From Candidatus Omnitrophota bacterium (GTDB taxonomy: Bacteria > Omnitrophota > Gorgyraeia > Duberdicusellales > 4484-171): a stretch of DNA of 64,000 bases. The notes under the pieces are model-generated. The model did no database searches, was not told where the DNA came from, and saw only the letters and a program-made list of their open reading frames with translations. Shown here one piece after another: positions 17,710 through 27,386 of the stretch. The stretch is from contig JAIPGM010000003.1 of the NCBI GenBank assembly GCA_021735655.1, forward strand, positions 32,001 to 96,000, written 5' to 3'. Position 1 is the stretch's first letter; each line of letters begins with the position of its first letter. A program made the position numbers and the translations under genes.

Positions 17710-19431
17710 ATGGTTTTTACTAATTTTAAAAATAAAAATACCCTTGAAACTTTAATAAACACAACAGGGTTATTGGCTCTTGGTTTAGCCTCTTTTTTAT
17801 ACTGCATTCTTCATAGAAACTTTGCTGAATTAAACCTAAAATTATCCTTTTTGGATTTTCCCATCTTTATTGGGGAAGTACTATTAATTTTTTGTTTACT
17901 TTTTTTAGCAATAAAGCTGACTCTTAATTTTCCCAGATTTAACCGAGGGCATTGTTTAGTATTAATTTATTTTTTATTTATATTAATAAAAGCCTTTTGG
18001 GGATACTCTAAATGGGGACCGCTTGCCTTTCGGCACGCAGCTTTATTTTACTACCCCCTATTTTTTATCTTTGGCTATAAATTTTACCAGAAAAGTTTTT
18101 TTAACAAGTACACAATCCCGATTATATTTTTATTTTTGGTGTACAACACCCGTCAGACTACTTTAGTTTCACTTCTGCTTGCAGTTGTCCTTTTGATTGC
18201 TTATTGGAGGAAAAGTAAGCTATCCTACGTTCTCCTTTTAGGTCTTTTATCCTTTACACCCTTTCACTTGCTCTATAAAAGCTCACGAACAGCAATGATT
18301 AGCAGTTTCCTTACCATACTTTTCATTCTGGCTGCTTTGCTTTTTATATCTAAGCTAAAAATAAGGTATAAAATTTACCTCTTGATAGCTTCTTTTGTTT
18401 TCTCCCTGTTAGTTTTATTTAAGGTTTCACCGACCAATGAATTAAAATCTTTAGTGTCGTTTAAGCATTTACTTAATGGATATAAACTAGAACGCCAAAG
18501 AATAGCTGAAAGAGAGATTAATTTTGGAATTCAGGATATAAAAGTAGCCCTATACAATCCAGAGGTTAAGCAAAATGGCTTAAAACAGACTATTCAAGTA
18601 AAGCCAGATGAACCTCAGGTAGACTTAGAAAGAGTTAAGCCGGCCTTAGAAGAAATAGTAGTTGTTAGCAGCAGTCTTAAAGATCCAGAGGCCGAGGTAA
18701 TACAAGCAAGAATAAGAGAGCTTAAGGATAAGGTGGGAAAAAATGAAGCCACATTATCTAAAAACCAATTGAACACTCAAGAGGGCCTCAATAGCCTATA
18801 TAGAAATGCTAAGGGTGTAGTTCGTATTTTAGAAGATAAATCGAGCATACTTTCTTTGGAGGATATAAGGAAGATTGAGCGAGCTAAGACTTTGCTTGGT
18901 GAACTTTCAGTTATAATCGATAAATCCCAAGCAAAGAGTAAGGCTAAACCAATTACCCGCAATCTAGACGGAGCCAATACTAGTTCTTTGTTTAGGATTT
19001 TTATTTGGGAAGATATGATAAAGCAACTCATAGAAGAAAAACCGCTTTTGGGATTTGACTTTGGCAAACCCCTGCGCTCAAAGAATATTGAAATATTATA
19101 TTTGGCTGAAGCCGATTGGAAAGCCTGCGGTTGGATAACTCCACACAACTCTTATCTTCATGCTGTCTACAGGGCTGGGGTTGTAGGACTATTGTACGTA
19201 ATTATAATTTATATTTTTCTGCTGATAATGATAAAAAACTTTATTTCTTTACGTTCAGTTAAAGGCATACTACTGTCGGGGAGCGTAATGGTTTGGTTGA
19301 TAGCAGCTAATTTTTTTGTTATTTTTGAATTGCCTTATAGTGCTATTCCTTTTTGGAGTCTATTCGGTATGAGCTGGGCTTATCTAAGCGGTCTCAATAG
19401 AAAACTTAACAGTCAGAGGAGGAAGATGTAG
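17710..19431 (+). CDS. O-antigen ligase/polymerase family (Wzy_C) membrane protein with a large, charged, coiled-coil-like periplasmic loop
   Basis: Multiple hydrophobic TM segments at both ends. Wzy_C signature GFDFGKPLRS...PHNSYLHAVYRAGVVGLL. A roughly 220-aa hydrophilic K/E-rich insertion lies between the TM blocks. Confidence 0.6.
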   Translation: MVFTNFKNKNTLETLINTTGLLALGLASFLYCILHRNFAELNLKLSFLDFPIFIGEVLLIFCLLFLAIKLTLNFPRFNRGHCLVLIYFLFILIKAFWGYSKWGPLAFRHAALFYYPLFFIFGYKFYQKSFFNKYTIPIIFLFLVYNTRQTTLVSLLLAVVLLIAYWRKSKLSYVLLLGLLSFTPFHLLYKSSRTAMISSFLTILFILAALLFISKLKIRYKIYLLIASFVFSLLVLFKVSPTNELKSLVSFKHLLNGYKLERQRIAEREINFGIQDIKVALYNPEVKQNGLKQTIQVKPDEPQVDLERVKPALEEIVVVSSSLKDPEAEVIQARIRELKDKVGKNEATLSKNQLNTQEGLNSLYRNAKGVVRILEDKSSILSLEDIRKIERAKTLLGELSVIIDKSQAKSKAKPITRNLDGANTSSLFRIFIWEDMIKQLIEEKPLLGFDFGKPLRSKNIEILYLAEADWKACGWITPHNSYLHAVYRAGVVGLLYVIIIYIFLLIMIKNFISLRSVKGILLSGSVMVWLIAANFFVIFELPYSAIPFWSLFGMSWAYLSGLNRKLNSQRRKM

Positions 19432-20160
19432 ATGCAAGAGAAAGCTTCAGTAGTTGGAATGGATAAATTTTGCAAGAATTCTTTTGATGCTTTCTTTCAA
19501 AAGATACCTTTTTTGTGGCTTAAAAAGTTACTAGATAGAAATAACATTGATTTAAATGAAAAGTCGGTCTTAATCGCTGGATGTGGGATAGGCCGTGACA
19601 TTTACCACTTGCAAGATTTTTATAAATTTGACAGATTGTACGCCTCCGACATTAGTATCGATTCGCTTAAATCAACTATTTCTTCTTTTCCTTTGGCCAA
19701 AGGAGTAATTGTCGATAATCAACGGTTAGGATTGGAAACTGATTCTGTTGATTATGTTTTTGTGGGAACCTCTTTGCATCATTTGAAGGAACCATTGAGA
19801 GGGCTATATGAGCTATTGAGAGTTGCTAAAAAAGGACTGATAGTTATGGAGCCTAACGATACTTGGCTTACCAGACTTTTTGAGAAATTAGGCTTGGCTC
19901 AGGAATACGAAATTGAACATAAAAATTATGTTTATCGATTTAGGAAAAGAGAGGTAGCCAAGATAAGCAATGCCTTATTTTTCAAATACGATCTTTGCCG
20001 TTTTTTTGCTACCCATAGGGCACCAACAACAAAGATAGAGTTTTGTGCCCTAAAAATTATACACAGATTATCTAATTTATTTTTTCCTAGTTTTGGAAAT
20101 CATATTGTGTTTATAATCAAAAAAGAAAAGTTACTTCCTAGATGCTTGCAAGCTAAGTAA
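19432..20160 (+). CDS. SAM-dependent methyltransferase (class I)
   Basis: LIAGCGIGRD (motif I), VFVGTSLHHL and LIVMEP. Confidence 0.6.
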   Translation: MQEKASVVGMDKFCKNSFDAFFQKIPFLWLKKLLDRNNIDLNEKSVLIAGCGIGRDIYHLQDFYKFDRLYASDISIDSLKSTISSFPLAKGVIVDNQRLGLETDSVDYVFVGTSLHHLKEPLRGLYELLRVAKKGLIVMEPNDTWLTRLFEKLGLAQEYEIEHKNYVYRFRKREVAKISNALFFKYDLCRFFATHRAPTTKIEFCALKIIHRLSNLFFPSFGNHIVFIIKKEKLLPRCLQAK

Positions 20161-20167
20161 TGTTTGA

Positions 20168-21343
20168 ATGAAGATTCTTCAGGTTCATAATTATTATAAA
20201 CAGTCCGGAGGTGAGGATGAGGTTTTTGCTGCTGAAACAGAAATCTTACGTCAGAATGGGAACGAAGTTTTAACCCAGACAACTTGCAATAGCTCAATCG
20301 ATGAAATGTCGCGGCCAAGACTGGCTTTGCACACTATATGGTCAGAGAGCTCTAGGAATAATTTCTTTCAATTATTAAAGAATAATCGGCCAGACATAGT
20401 CCACTTTCATAATATTTTTCCTCTTATTTCTCCCTCGGTCTATTACGTTTGCAAGCAGCTTAAAATTCCAACAGTCCAGACTCTCCATAATTATCGGCTG
20501 ATATGCCCGGCGGCTATTCTTTTTAGAGATTCAGCGATATGTGAGGATTGTTTTAATTCTTGTTGTTTTTGTCCCGGGATTCGACATGGCTGTTATCATG
20601 ATTCACATTTACAGACAGCGGTTATTTCTAGTATGTTAATTTCCCATCGTTTATTTGGAACTTGGAAAAACAAGGTTAATTTTTACATAGCTCTTACTGA
20701 ATTTTCACGGAAAAAATTTATCCAAGGGGGCTTGCCAAAAGATAAGGTGGTAGTCAAACCTAATTTTATTTATCCTGAGATAGAATCGGGTAAAAGCAAA
20801 AACAGATATATTCTTTTCGTCGGTCGCCTTTCTCCGGAAAAAGGAATAATGACACTTCTTGGGGCTTGGAAGCTTCTAAAAAATGTTCCTTTAAAGATTG
20901 TTGGGGGAGGACCTCTGGAGAAAACAGCCTTAGAAAACTTAGAAGCAGAAGGTTTAAAAGATATAGAGTTTTTAGGACGGAAGTCTCACCAAGAGACAGT
21001 TGAATTAATAAAGAAGGCTTATTGCTTAATATTTCCTTCAAATTGGTACGAATGTTTTCCGATGGTAATAATTGAGTCTTTTGCTAGTTCAACTCCAGTG
21101 ATTGCTTCTAGACTGGGAGCAATGGAAGATATTATCGATGAGGGCAGAAATGGAATTTTCTTTGAGCCGCAAAATCCTAAAGATCTTGCCCAGAAAGTAA
21201 ACTATGTTTGGAATAATAGTGACAAAATTGCTATAATGGGACAAGAAGCCAGGAAAGACTACCAGGATAAATATTCTGCCAATAGGAACTATAAGCTACT
21301 TATGGATATTTATTATAGAGCTATTGATCAAGCTAATGCTTAA
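20168..21343 (+). CDS. GT-B glycosyltransferase, family 4 type
   Basis: C-terminal EX7E-like region FPSNWYECFPMVIIESFASSTPVIASRLGAMEDIIDEG and FVGRLSPEKG. Confidence 0.8.
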   Translation: MKILQVHNYYKQSGGEDEVFAAETEILRQNGNEVLTQTTCNSSIDEMSRPRLALHTIWSESSRNNFFQLLKNNRPDIVHFHNIFPLISPSVYYVCKQLKIPTVQTLHNYRLICPAAILFRDSAICEDCFNSCCFCPGIRHGCYHDSHLQTAVISSMLISHRLFGTWKNKVNFYIALTEFSRKKFIQGGLPKDKVVVKPNFIYPEIESGKSKNRYILFVGRLSPEKGIMTLLGAWKLLKNVPLKIVGGGPLEKTALENLEAEGLKDIEFLGRKSHQETVELIKKAYCLIFPSNWYECFPMVIIESFASSTPVIASRLGAMEDIIDEGRNGIFFEPQNPKDLAQKVNYVWNNSDKIAIMGQEARKDYQDKYSANRNYKLLMDIYYRAIDQANA

Positions 21344-21480
21344 CTTATGACAAGAAACAATTATAGGAGTTATATATTTTTATTTGATGTTTATTGTTTT
21401 ATTGTTGCCGCTATATATGTAGGGTGGAGAATATTTATTTTTCTAAAAAGATATTTTTAGGATACTGTTTAATCAATAAA

Positions 21481-23127
21481 ATGTTATCGAAAAAGACAAA
21501 TTCCTTTAGTAGCTTTTCAAACCTGCTTCATTTACCTAGTTTTGCATTGATCATAGGCTATATAATTTATTGGTTTGAGATATATTTTTTTAAAAAAGGC
21601 CAAGGTTTAAGCTCACCATTAGCTACCTGTTTGCTTGCCGTTCTTGCTATATATTTATTTTTCGGACAAAGAAAGCTATTTTTCTCAGCAGTTGATTGGT
21701 GCATTAAGGAATATAAACAAGAGAGTAAAATAAGAAAAGCCGTAATATTGCTGGCTTGTTGTATTGTCTTTTTAATACTGTTGACTACATTTTTTGCACT
21801 TTTACTACCGCCGCATCTAGCTCAGGAGTTTGATGCCTTGAATTATCATTTGACGCTTCCTCGGCAGCATTTGATTTTAGGTTCCTTTTCGCATATTCAC
21901 TGGTCTGCGGCCGATTTATTTCCTTTGCCGATACAGTTTGCGCTGGCTCCCTATTGGCTAATTAAGGAGATTCCTAGTAAGTTTATCCATATATTGTTTG
22001 TTTTTGGGTTATTAGCGATTTCTTTAAATCTTATAAGGTGTTTTAGCAACAACAATTTTTTGTCTTTATTTATCGGATTAATGGCTATCTTGGGTTCTCA
22101 TAATGTGGGCATACAAATTCCGATTCTGATGCTTGATATTGTTATATGTTATCTATTTTTAGCTAGTATTGATAGTTTTTTAGAGGGAAAAATTATCCTC
22201 GGGTCTATAGAGTTATCTTTCTTTATATGGTCAAAGTCTTTTGTCCCATTTCAAATGTTGGCAATTTTAACTATAATTTTTCTGATCGGATTACTTTTGA
22301 AAAAGCTTGGGGCCAATAATAGAAGTTGGGTTTTTGAAAAAACTTCTTACGATAAGTTACTCTCCAGAAAATATCTTAAGAAGAGTGTATTGTATCTATT
22401 TCTATCTAGTATGCTTGTCGGCGGACCTTTTATGGCTAAGTCGCTACTTAAGTCAGGAACGCCCTTGTTTCCTTTTTCTCCCGGTCTTCTAAAGACATCT
22501 TCAGTTGACCAAAAAACACCGCATTGGCGATCAATCGTAGCTTCTTCAGAAAGGCATTTTTCCACCAAAGATGCTTATGGATCAGGAAGGTCAATATTAG
22601 AATTCTTACGGCATCTATGGCTTATAGCTGTGCCCGAAGATCAGACTACAAATCGTTACGACTACCCCCTCGGTTTGCCTTATTTACTTTTTCTTGCCCC
22701 TTTTATTTACTTTGTTTTTATATCTTTTAAAAAGAAACAGCTTGTTTTGTTACCTTTATTTGCAGTTAGTTTTTGGATGCTTTGGTGGTTTGGTTCCCAG
22801 CAAGCCAGGTTTCTTTATATTCCTTTATTGATTATTTTTATCAGTGTGGCGGCTAAAATAAAACAACCAAGAAATTCATTTATTTACGCCTTAGTTATCG
22901 CATTACTCTTTAATTTTATATCTATTTTTAGAGCTCACTCAGGTGATCTCTTCAAGCCTTCAGTAAAGGTGTTGCGAACCAAAGACAAACAGCTGATAGA
23001 AATGAATAAAAAGTATCGTGATAGATCTAGTTTGAGTCCAGTAGTTTTAGATTATTATGATGTTGCTTATGCCAATTTTCCTTTAAAGATTGTTGGCAAA
23101 AACCGTTTTTGGGTTTTAGAGGAGTAG
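21481..23127 (+). CDS. Polytopic membrane protein, candidate GT-C-like glycosyltransferase or polymerase (hypothetical)
   Basis: At least 10 predicted hydrophobic helices. The first extracytoplasmic loop has an acidic motif (EFDALNYH). The start is reassigned to the ATG at 21481, in frame with the track start at 21394; a 135-bp intergenic precedes it. Confidence 0.4.
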   Translation: MLSKKTNSFSSFSNLLHLPSFALIIGYIIYWFEIYFFKKGQGLSSPLATCLLAVLAIYLFFGQRKLFFSAVDWCIKEYKQESKIRKAVILLACCIVFLILLTTFFALLLPPHLAQEFDALNYHLTLPRQHLILGSFSHIHWSAADLFPLPIQFALAPYWLIKEIPSKFIHILFVFGLLAISLNLIRCFSNNNFLSLFIGLMAILGSHNVGIQIPILMLDIVICYLFLASIDSFLEGKIILGSIELSFFIWSKSFVPFQMLAILTIIFLIGLLLKKLGANNRSWVFEKTSYDKLLSRKYLKKSVLYLFLSSMLVGGPFMAKSLLKSGTPLFPFSPGLLKTSSVDQKTPHWRSIVASSERHFSTKDAYGSGRSILEFLRHLWLIAVPEDQTTNRYDYPLGLPYLLFLAPFIYFVFISFKKKQLVLLPLFAVSFWMLWWFGSQQARFLYIPLLIIFISVAAKIKQPRNSFIYALVIALLFNFISIFRAHSGDLFKPSVKVLRTKDKQLIEMNKKYRDRSSLSPVVLDYYDVAYANFPLKIVGKNRFWVLEE

Positions 23128-23128
23128 G

Positions 23129-23920
23129 ATGGAGAAAGATATTGAGGCTATTAGCATCTTAGGCACTAAGCTTAACATTATCCAAATCCCAGGAGTTATT
23201 GATATCATGGAGCGTTGGATTAAGGAGGTTGAAACCGGCAATTATATTGTTATAGCCAATGCTAATGATGTAATGATGGGTAGAAAGTATCAAGCTGTTA
23301 ATCAGTCCATTAATGAAAGTAGCCTTTCGGTTGCCGATGGAATTTCTTTAGTTTGGGCAGCCAGAGTTCAAGGTCGGCATCTAGAACGACGGGTCTACGG
23401 CCCGGACCTAATGCTTGAATTTTTAAAAACTAGTTGCCATAAAGAATATTCGCATTTTTTCTATGGTTCCGATCCAGACACTTTAAAAACAATGGTAGAT
23501 AAAATAAAGACAAAATTTCCACAAATAAAAATAAGCGGGTTTTATTCTCCGCCTTTTAGGAAACTGACCGATAGCGAAGATGAGGCTGTAGCTAAGATGA
23601 TTAATCAGTCTTGTCCTGACGTGTTATGGGTGGGGTTGGGTTGTCCCAGACAGCAACTTTGGATGCATGAGCATAGAGATAAACTAAAAGTTCCGGTCAT
23701 GGCAGGGGTGGGGGCGGCTTTTGACTTTATAGCTGGGACTAAGTTACAAGCTCCCCAATGGATGCGTAACAATGGATTTGAATGGTTATTTCGTTTAGTC
23801 ACCGAGCCCAAGAGGTTGTGGAAGCGATATTTGGTTGGTAATTTTATATTTTTATGGTTATACTTAAAAGAGTTAGTTAAAATAAAGTTTTTAAAGTTTT
23901 CGCAGCAATTTAAACCTTAG
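23129..23920 (+). CDS. WecB/TagA/CpsF family glycosyltransferase (GT26)
   Basis: Family-typical N-terminus ILGTKLNIIQIPGVIDIMERWI, a ...VIANANDVMMG region, and a GFYSPPF...LWVGLGCPRQQLWM core. Confidence 0.75.
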   Translation: MEKDIEAISILGTKLNIIQIPGVIDIMERWIKEVETGNYIVIANANDVMMGRKYQAVNQSINESSLSVADGISLVWAARVQGRHLERRVYGPDLMLEFLKTSCHKEYSHFFYGSDPDTLKTMVDKIKTKFPQIKISGFYSPPFRKLTDSEDEAVAKMINQSCPDVLWVGLGCPRQQLWMHEHRDKLKVPVMAGVGAAFDFIAGTKLQAPQWMRNNGFEWLFRLVTEPKRLWKRYLVGNFIFLWLYLKELVKIKFLKFSQQFKP

Positions 23921-23990
23921 GGGTAAATTAAAACTAGGAAGGGTTAAACATGAAGAAAGCTTTAAAGGCTAAAGTTTAGGAGGTTAGTAA

Positions 23991-24776
23991 ATGAAAGCAG
24001 TAATATTATGTGGAGGAAGAGGGACAAGAATTAGAGATGCCTCAGAAGTTTTACCTAAGTCAATGCTTCCGGTGGGCAATATGCCCTTGCTTTGGCATAT
24101 AATGAAAATTTACGCTCATTATGGGATAAAAGATTTCGTTTTATGCCTTGGTTATAAAGGGTGGGCGATAAAAGAGTTTTTTTTAAATTATCAAGCTAAG
24201 GTTTTTGATGTAGTGTTGAAGTTAGATAAAGAAAATTCAATAATTTATGGCCAAAACCATCATGAAAAGTTAGATTGGAAAATCTCGCTTGTAGAAACAG
24301 GCGAAGAATCACAAACCGGAGCAAGAATTTGGAATGCACGCAAATATTTAGAAGATTGTGATATGTTTTGTGTAACTTATGGTGACGGTGTTGGCAATAT
24401 CGACATCAAATCTTTAATAGAAGTTCATAAAAAATCGGGTTTACTTGGCACAATAACTGGAGTTCATCCTTCAGGCCGTTTTGGCGAAATAGAGACAAAA
24501 GGTAAGATTATTTCTTCTTTCGCAGAGAAGCCAAATGTAAGCTTTGGTTCTTATAATGGCGGGTTTATGGTTTTTGATAGAAAAGTTTTAGGAAAATATT
24601 TTAGATCTGGAAAAGATTTGATATTGGAGGCAGAAACTTTGCCTAATATGGTGAATGACAAGCAGTTAGGAATATATGAGCATAATGGTTTTTGGCAATG
24701 TGTTGACACTAATCGGGAATTAGAAATATTGGAGGGTTTATGGAATTCTTCTAATCCTCCTTGGAAAGTATGGTGA
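23991..24776 (+). CDS. rfbF: Glucose-1-phosphate cytidylyltransferase
   Basis: MKAVILCGGRGTRIRDASEVLPKSMLPVGNMPLLWHIMKIYAHYGIKDFVLCLGYKGWAIKEFF is highly similar to the RfbF/DdhA N-terminus (AVILAGGLGTRL...KPILWHIMKIYS). It is followed by a 4,6-dehydratase and the E1 dehydrase. Confidence 0.85.
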   Translation: MKAVILCGGRGTRIRDASEVLPKSMLPVGNMPLLWHIMKIYAHYGIKDFVLCLGYKGWAIKEFFLNYQAKVFDVVLKLDKENSIIYGQNHHEKLDWKISLVETGEESQTGARIWNARKYLEDCDMFCVTYGDGVGNIDIKSLIEVHKKSGLLGTITGVHPSGRFGEIETKGKIISSFAEKPNVSFGSYNGGFMVFDRKVLGKYFRSGKDLILEAETLPNMVNDKQLGIYEHNGFWQCVDTNRELEILEGLWNSSNPPWKVW

Positions 24777-25753
24777 ATACGCAAGTAAAATTTTGGAAAG
24801 GCAAAAGAGTCTTGATTACGGGCTATGAAGGATTCTTAGGATCTAATCTTGCTAAAGTTCTGCTAAACTTTGGTGCAAAGATATCGGGTTTGGATATTTT
24901 GACTAGAAGAAAAGATACAATCCTTACTCAAAAAGAATTAGCCAAGATAAAGATAATTAAAGGAAATGTTGATAATTTATCTTTAGTAAAGAGGATTTTA
25001 AGGAATGATAAAATAGAGGTTATTTTTCATCTCGCTGCAGAGGCTTTAGTTGGCGAGTGTCTAAAAAGACCAGTCAAAGGATTTTCGACCAATATTAAGG
25101 GAACTTGGAATATTTTAGAAGCTTGGCGGCAAACAAAAATAGCCAAAGCAATAGTTGTAGCTTCAAGCGATAAAGCCTACGGAAGTCATTCTAAGCTTCC
25201 TTATAAAGAAGATAGTGCGCTTTGCGGTTTGCATCCCTATGATGTTTCGAAGTCATGTGCTGACTTAATTGCTCATGCTTATCATAATACCTATGGAGCG
25301 CCGGTAGTGATAACTCGCTGTGGTAACATTTTTGGTCCGGGAGACTTCAATTTTTCCAGAATTGTTCCTGAAACCTTACGTTCGGTAATTAGAAATAAAA
25401 CTTTGGTTATTCGTAGTGATGGAAAGTTCACTCGTGATTATGTATATGTTGATGATATTGTAGCCGGATATATAAACTTAGCTCAAAAATCTAAAAAGTT
25501 AAAACTATTTGGCCAGGCTTTTAATTTTAGCGCCGAGCAGCCGCTTTCAGTTTTAGCTTTGGTAAAGTTGATTTATAAATTAGCTGACAGAAGATCTAAC
25601 TATAAAATCTTAAAACAGGCGAAATATGAAATTAAGCATCAATATCTTTCATCTAGGAAGGCTGCTAGAGTTCTTGGCTGGAAACCAAAGCTGAAGCTAG
25701 ATAAGGCTTTGGAGAAAACTTACCAGTGGTATAAAGATAATCTAAGCAAATGA
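24761..25753 (+). CDS. rfbG: CDP-glucose 4,6-dehydratase
   Basis: Extended SDR with VLITGYEGFLGSNL and YDVSKSCADL (YxxxK). Its position immediately after rfbF fits the assignment. Confidence 0.75.
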   Translation: MESMVNTQVKFWKGKRVLITGYEGFLGSNLAKVLLNFGAKISGLDILTRRKDTILTQKELAKIKIIKGNVDNLSLVKRILRNDKIEVIFHLAAEALVGECLKRPVKGFSTNIKGTWNILEAWRQTKIAKAIVVASSDKAYGSHSKLPYKEDSALCGLHPYDVSKSCADLIAHAYHNTYGAPVVITRCGNIFGPGDFNFSRIVPETLRSVIRNKTLVIRSDGKFTRDYVYVDDIVAGYINLAQKSKKLKLFGQAFNFSAEQPLSVLALVKLIYKLADRRSNYKILKQAKYEIKHQYLSSRKAARVLGWKPKLKLDKALEKTYQWYKDNLSK

Positions 25754-26490
25754 AGATAAATTTTTTAGGAACAAATGGATGGTACGATACTGATACCGGA
25801 AATACTCTTTGTATTCTTATTGAAACTAAAAAAGAATATATTATTCTCGATGCCGGAGGCGGTTTTTACAAAATTGGTCAATATATAAAGAAAAAGAAGC
25901 CAATTTATCTTTTCTTAAGCCATTTTCATCTCGACCACATTATTGGACTTCATACCTTATTGCTAGGTAACTTTTCTCAGGGGATTAAGCTTTACGGACC
26001 ACCGGGAGTAAAGAAATACTTATCACAAATAGTAAATTATCCTTATACAGCGCCAATTTCTAAGTTAAAAACAAAGGTTATCGTTAATCAAATTAAAAAA
26101 GAAGTACGTTTTCCTTTTAAGGTTGAGTTTGGCAAGCTGCTTCATCCTTCATTATGTTACGGCTATCGGTTTAATTTGGAAGGCAAAACAATTGTTTATT
26201 GCACCGATACCGGAATTTGCAGTAATTTATATAAGTTAGCTAGGGATTCTGATTTATTTATTACTGAATGCTCGGCGACTGCCGGAAAAAAGGAAAAGGA
26301 TTGGCCTCATTTAACGGCTCAGGATGCAGCTAAGGTTGCTAAGAAATCCCAAGTAAAAAAATTATTTTTAGTTCATTTTAATGCTTCCTTATTTAAAACT
26401 GAAAAGCAACGCAATATGGCTAAGGCACAAGCAAAAGAGATATTTGGGAATACTTTTGCGGCCAGTGACGGACAAGTAGTTAATTTATAA
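25750..26490 (+). CDS. MBL-fold metallo-hydrolase (RNase Z/PhnP-like fold)
   Basis: LSHFHLDHIIGL (HxHxDH) and downstream His/Asp ligands. Embedded in the CDP-sugar module. Confidence 0.6.
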   Translation: MKINFLGTNGWYDTDTGNTLCILIETKKEYIILDAGGGFYKIGQYIKKKKPIYLFLSHFHLDHIIGLHTLLLGNFSQGIKLYGPPGVKKYLSQIVNYPYTAPISKLKTKVIVNQIKKEVRFPFKVEFGKLLHPSLCYGYRFNLEGKTIVYCTDTGICSNLYKLARDSDLFITECSATAGKKEKDWPHLTAQDAAKVAKKSQVKKLFLVHFNASLFKTEKQRNMAKAQAKEIFGNTFAASDGQVVNL

Positions 26491-26501
26491 AGCTTTAAAT
26501 A

Positions 26502-27386
26502 ATGAAGAAAACACCCGTAGCTATAATTGGTACTGGAAATATTGGTACTGATCTTTTAATTAAGATCCAGCGTTCGTCAATTTTAGAATGTGTTCTTTTT
26601 ACTGGCCGGCGTCTAGATTCACGGGGCATGCAAAGAGCAAGGTTGCTTGGCGTACCCATTTCCGATCAATCAATAAAAGCCATTCAGAGAAATCATAATA
26701 TTTGCGATATAGTCTTTGACGCAACCTCAGCTAAAGCTCATCAATATCACGCACCAATTTTAAAGAAATTAGGTAAGATCGCTATAGACTTAACGCCTTC
26801 AAAAGTTGGCAAGATGTGTATACCGGTTATTAACATGAACCAATGTTTAGATGAAAATAATGTGAATTTGGTTACTTGCGGCGGTCAAGCAGCTATTCCA
26901 ATAGCTCATGCAATTATGAGGGTGCATCCGGAGACCGAATATATAGAAGTTGTAGCAAGTATTGCTTCTAAATCCGCGGGCCTTGGGACTAGAGATAATA
27001 TTGATGAGTTTACTCAGACTACCGGTGATGCTATTTTAAATTTTACCGGAGTTCCTCGGGCAAAGGCAATTATTATTTTAAATCCGGCTGAACCACCAGT
27101 TTTAATGCACAATACCATTTATGCCCAGATTACTAAGCCAAAGATCAAAAAAATGACTGCGGCAATAAATGATATTGTTAACAAGGTTCAAAAATATGTT
27201 CCTGGTTATAAAGTAACTGTGGGTCCAGTGGCCGAGGGCAATCGGGTAACGGTTATGATTGAGGTGGTGGGTTTGGGCGATTTTCTTCCTAAATATTCCG
27301 GCAACTTAGATATTATTACCTGCGCTGCTGTGAATATTGCGGAAAGTTTTGCTCAAAAAAAGATAAGAGGCAAAGTGCCTTTATGA
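26502..27386 (+). CDS. Acetaldehyde dehydrogenase (acylating), DmpF/MhpF family
   Basis: VAIIGTGNIGTDLLIKI, DIVFDATSAKAH and IDLTPSKVGKMCIPVINM with the catalytic Cys align closely with MhpF (VAIIGSGNIGTDLMIKI...DIVFDATSAGAH...IDLTPAAIGPYCVPVVN). Confidence 0.75.
   Translation: MKKTPVAIIGTGNIGTDLLIKIQRSSILECVLFTGRRLDSRGMQRARLLGVPISDQSIKAIQRNHNICDIVFDATSAKAHQYHAPILKKLGKIAIDLTPSKVGKMCIPVINMNQCLDENNVNLVTCGGQAAIPIAHAIMRVHPETEYIEVVASIASKSAGLGTRDNIDEFTQTTGDAILNFTGVPRAKAIIILNPAEPPVLMHNTIYAQITKPKIKKMTAAINDIVNKVQKYVPGYKVTVGPVAEGNRVTVMIEVVGLGDFLPKYSGNLDIITCAAVNIAESFAQKKIRGKVPL

Noticed and set aside
23950-23979. Tiny ORF MKKALKAKV in the rfbF upstream gap
   Set aside because: Ten codons with no RBS; most likely chance.
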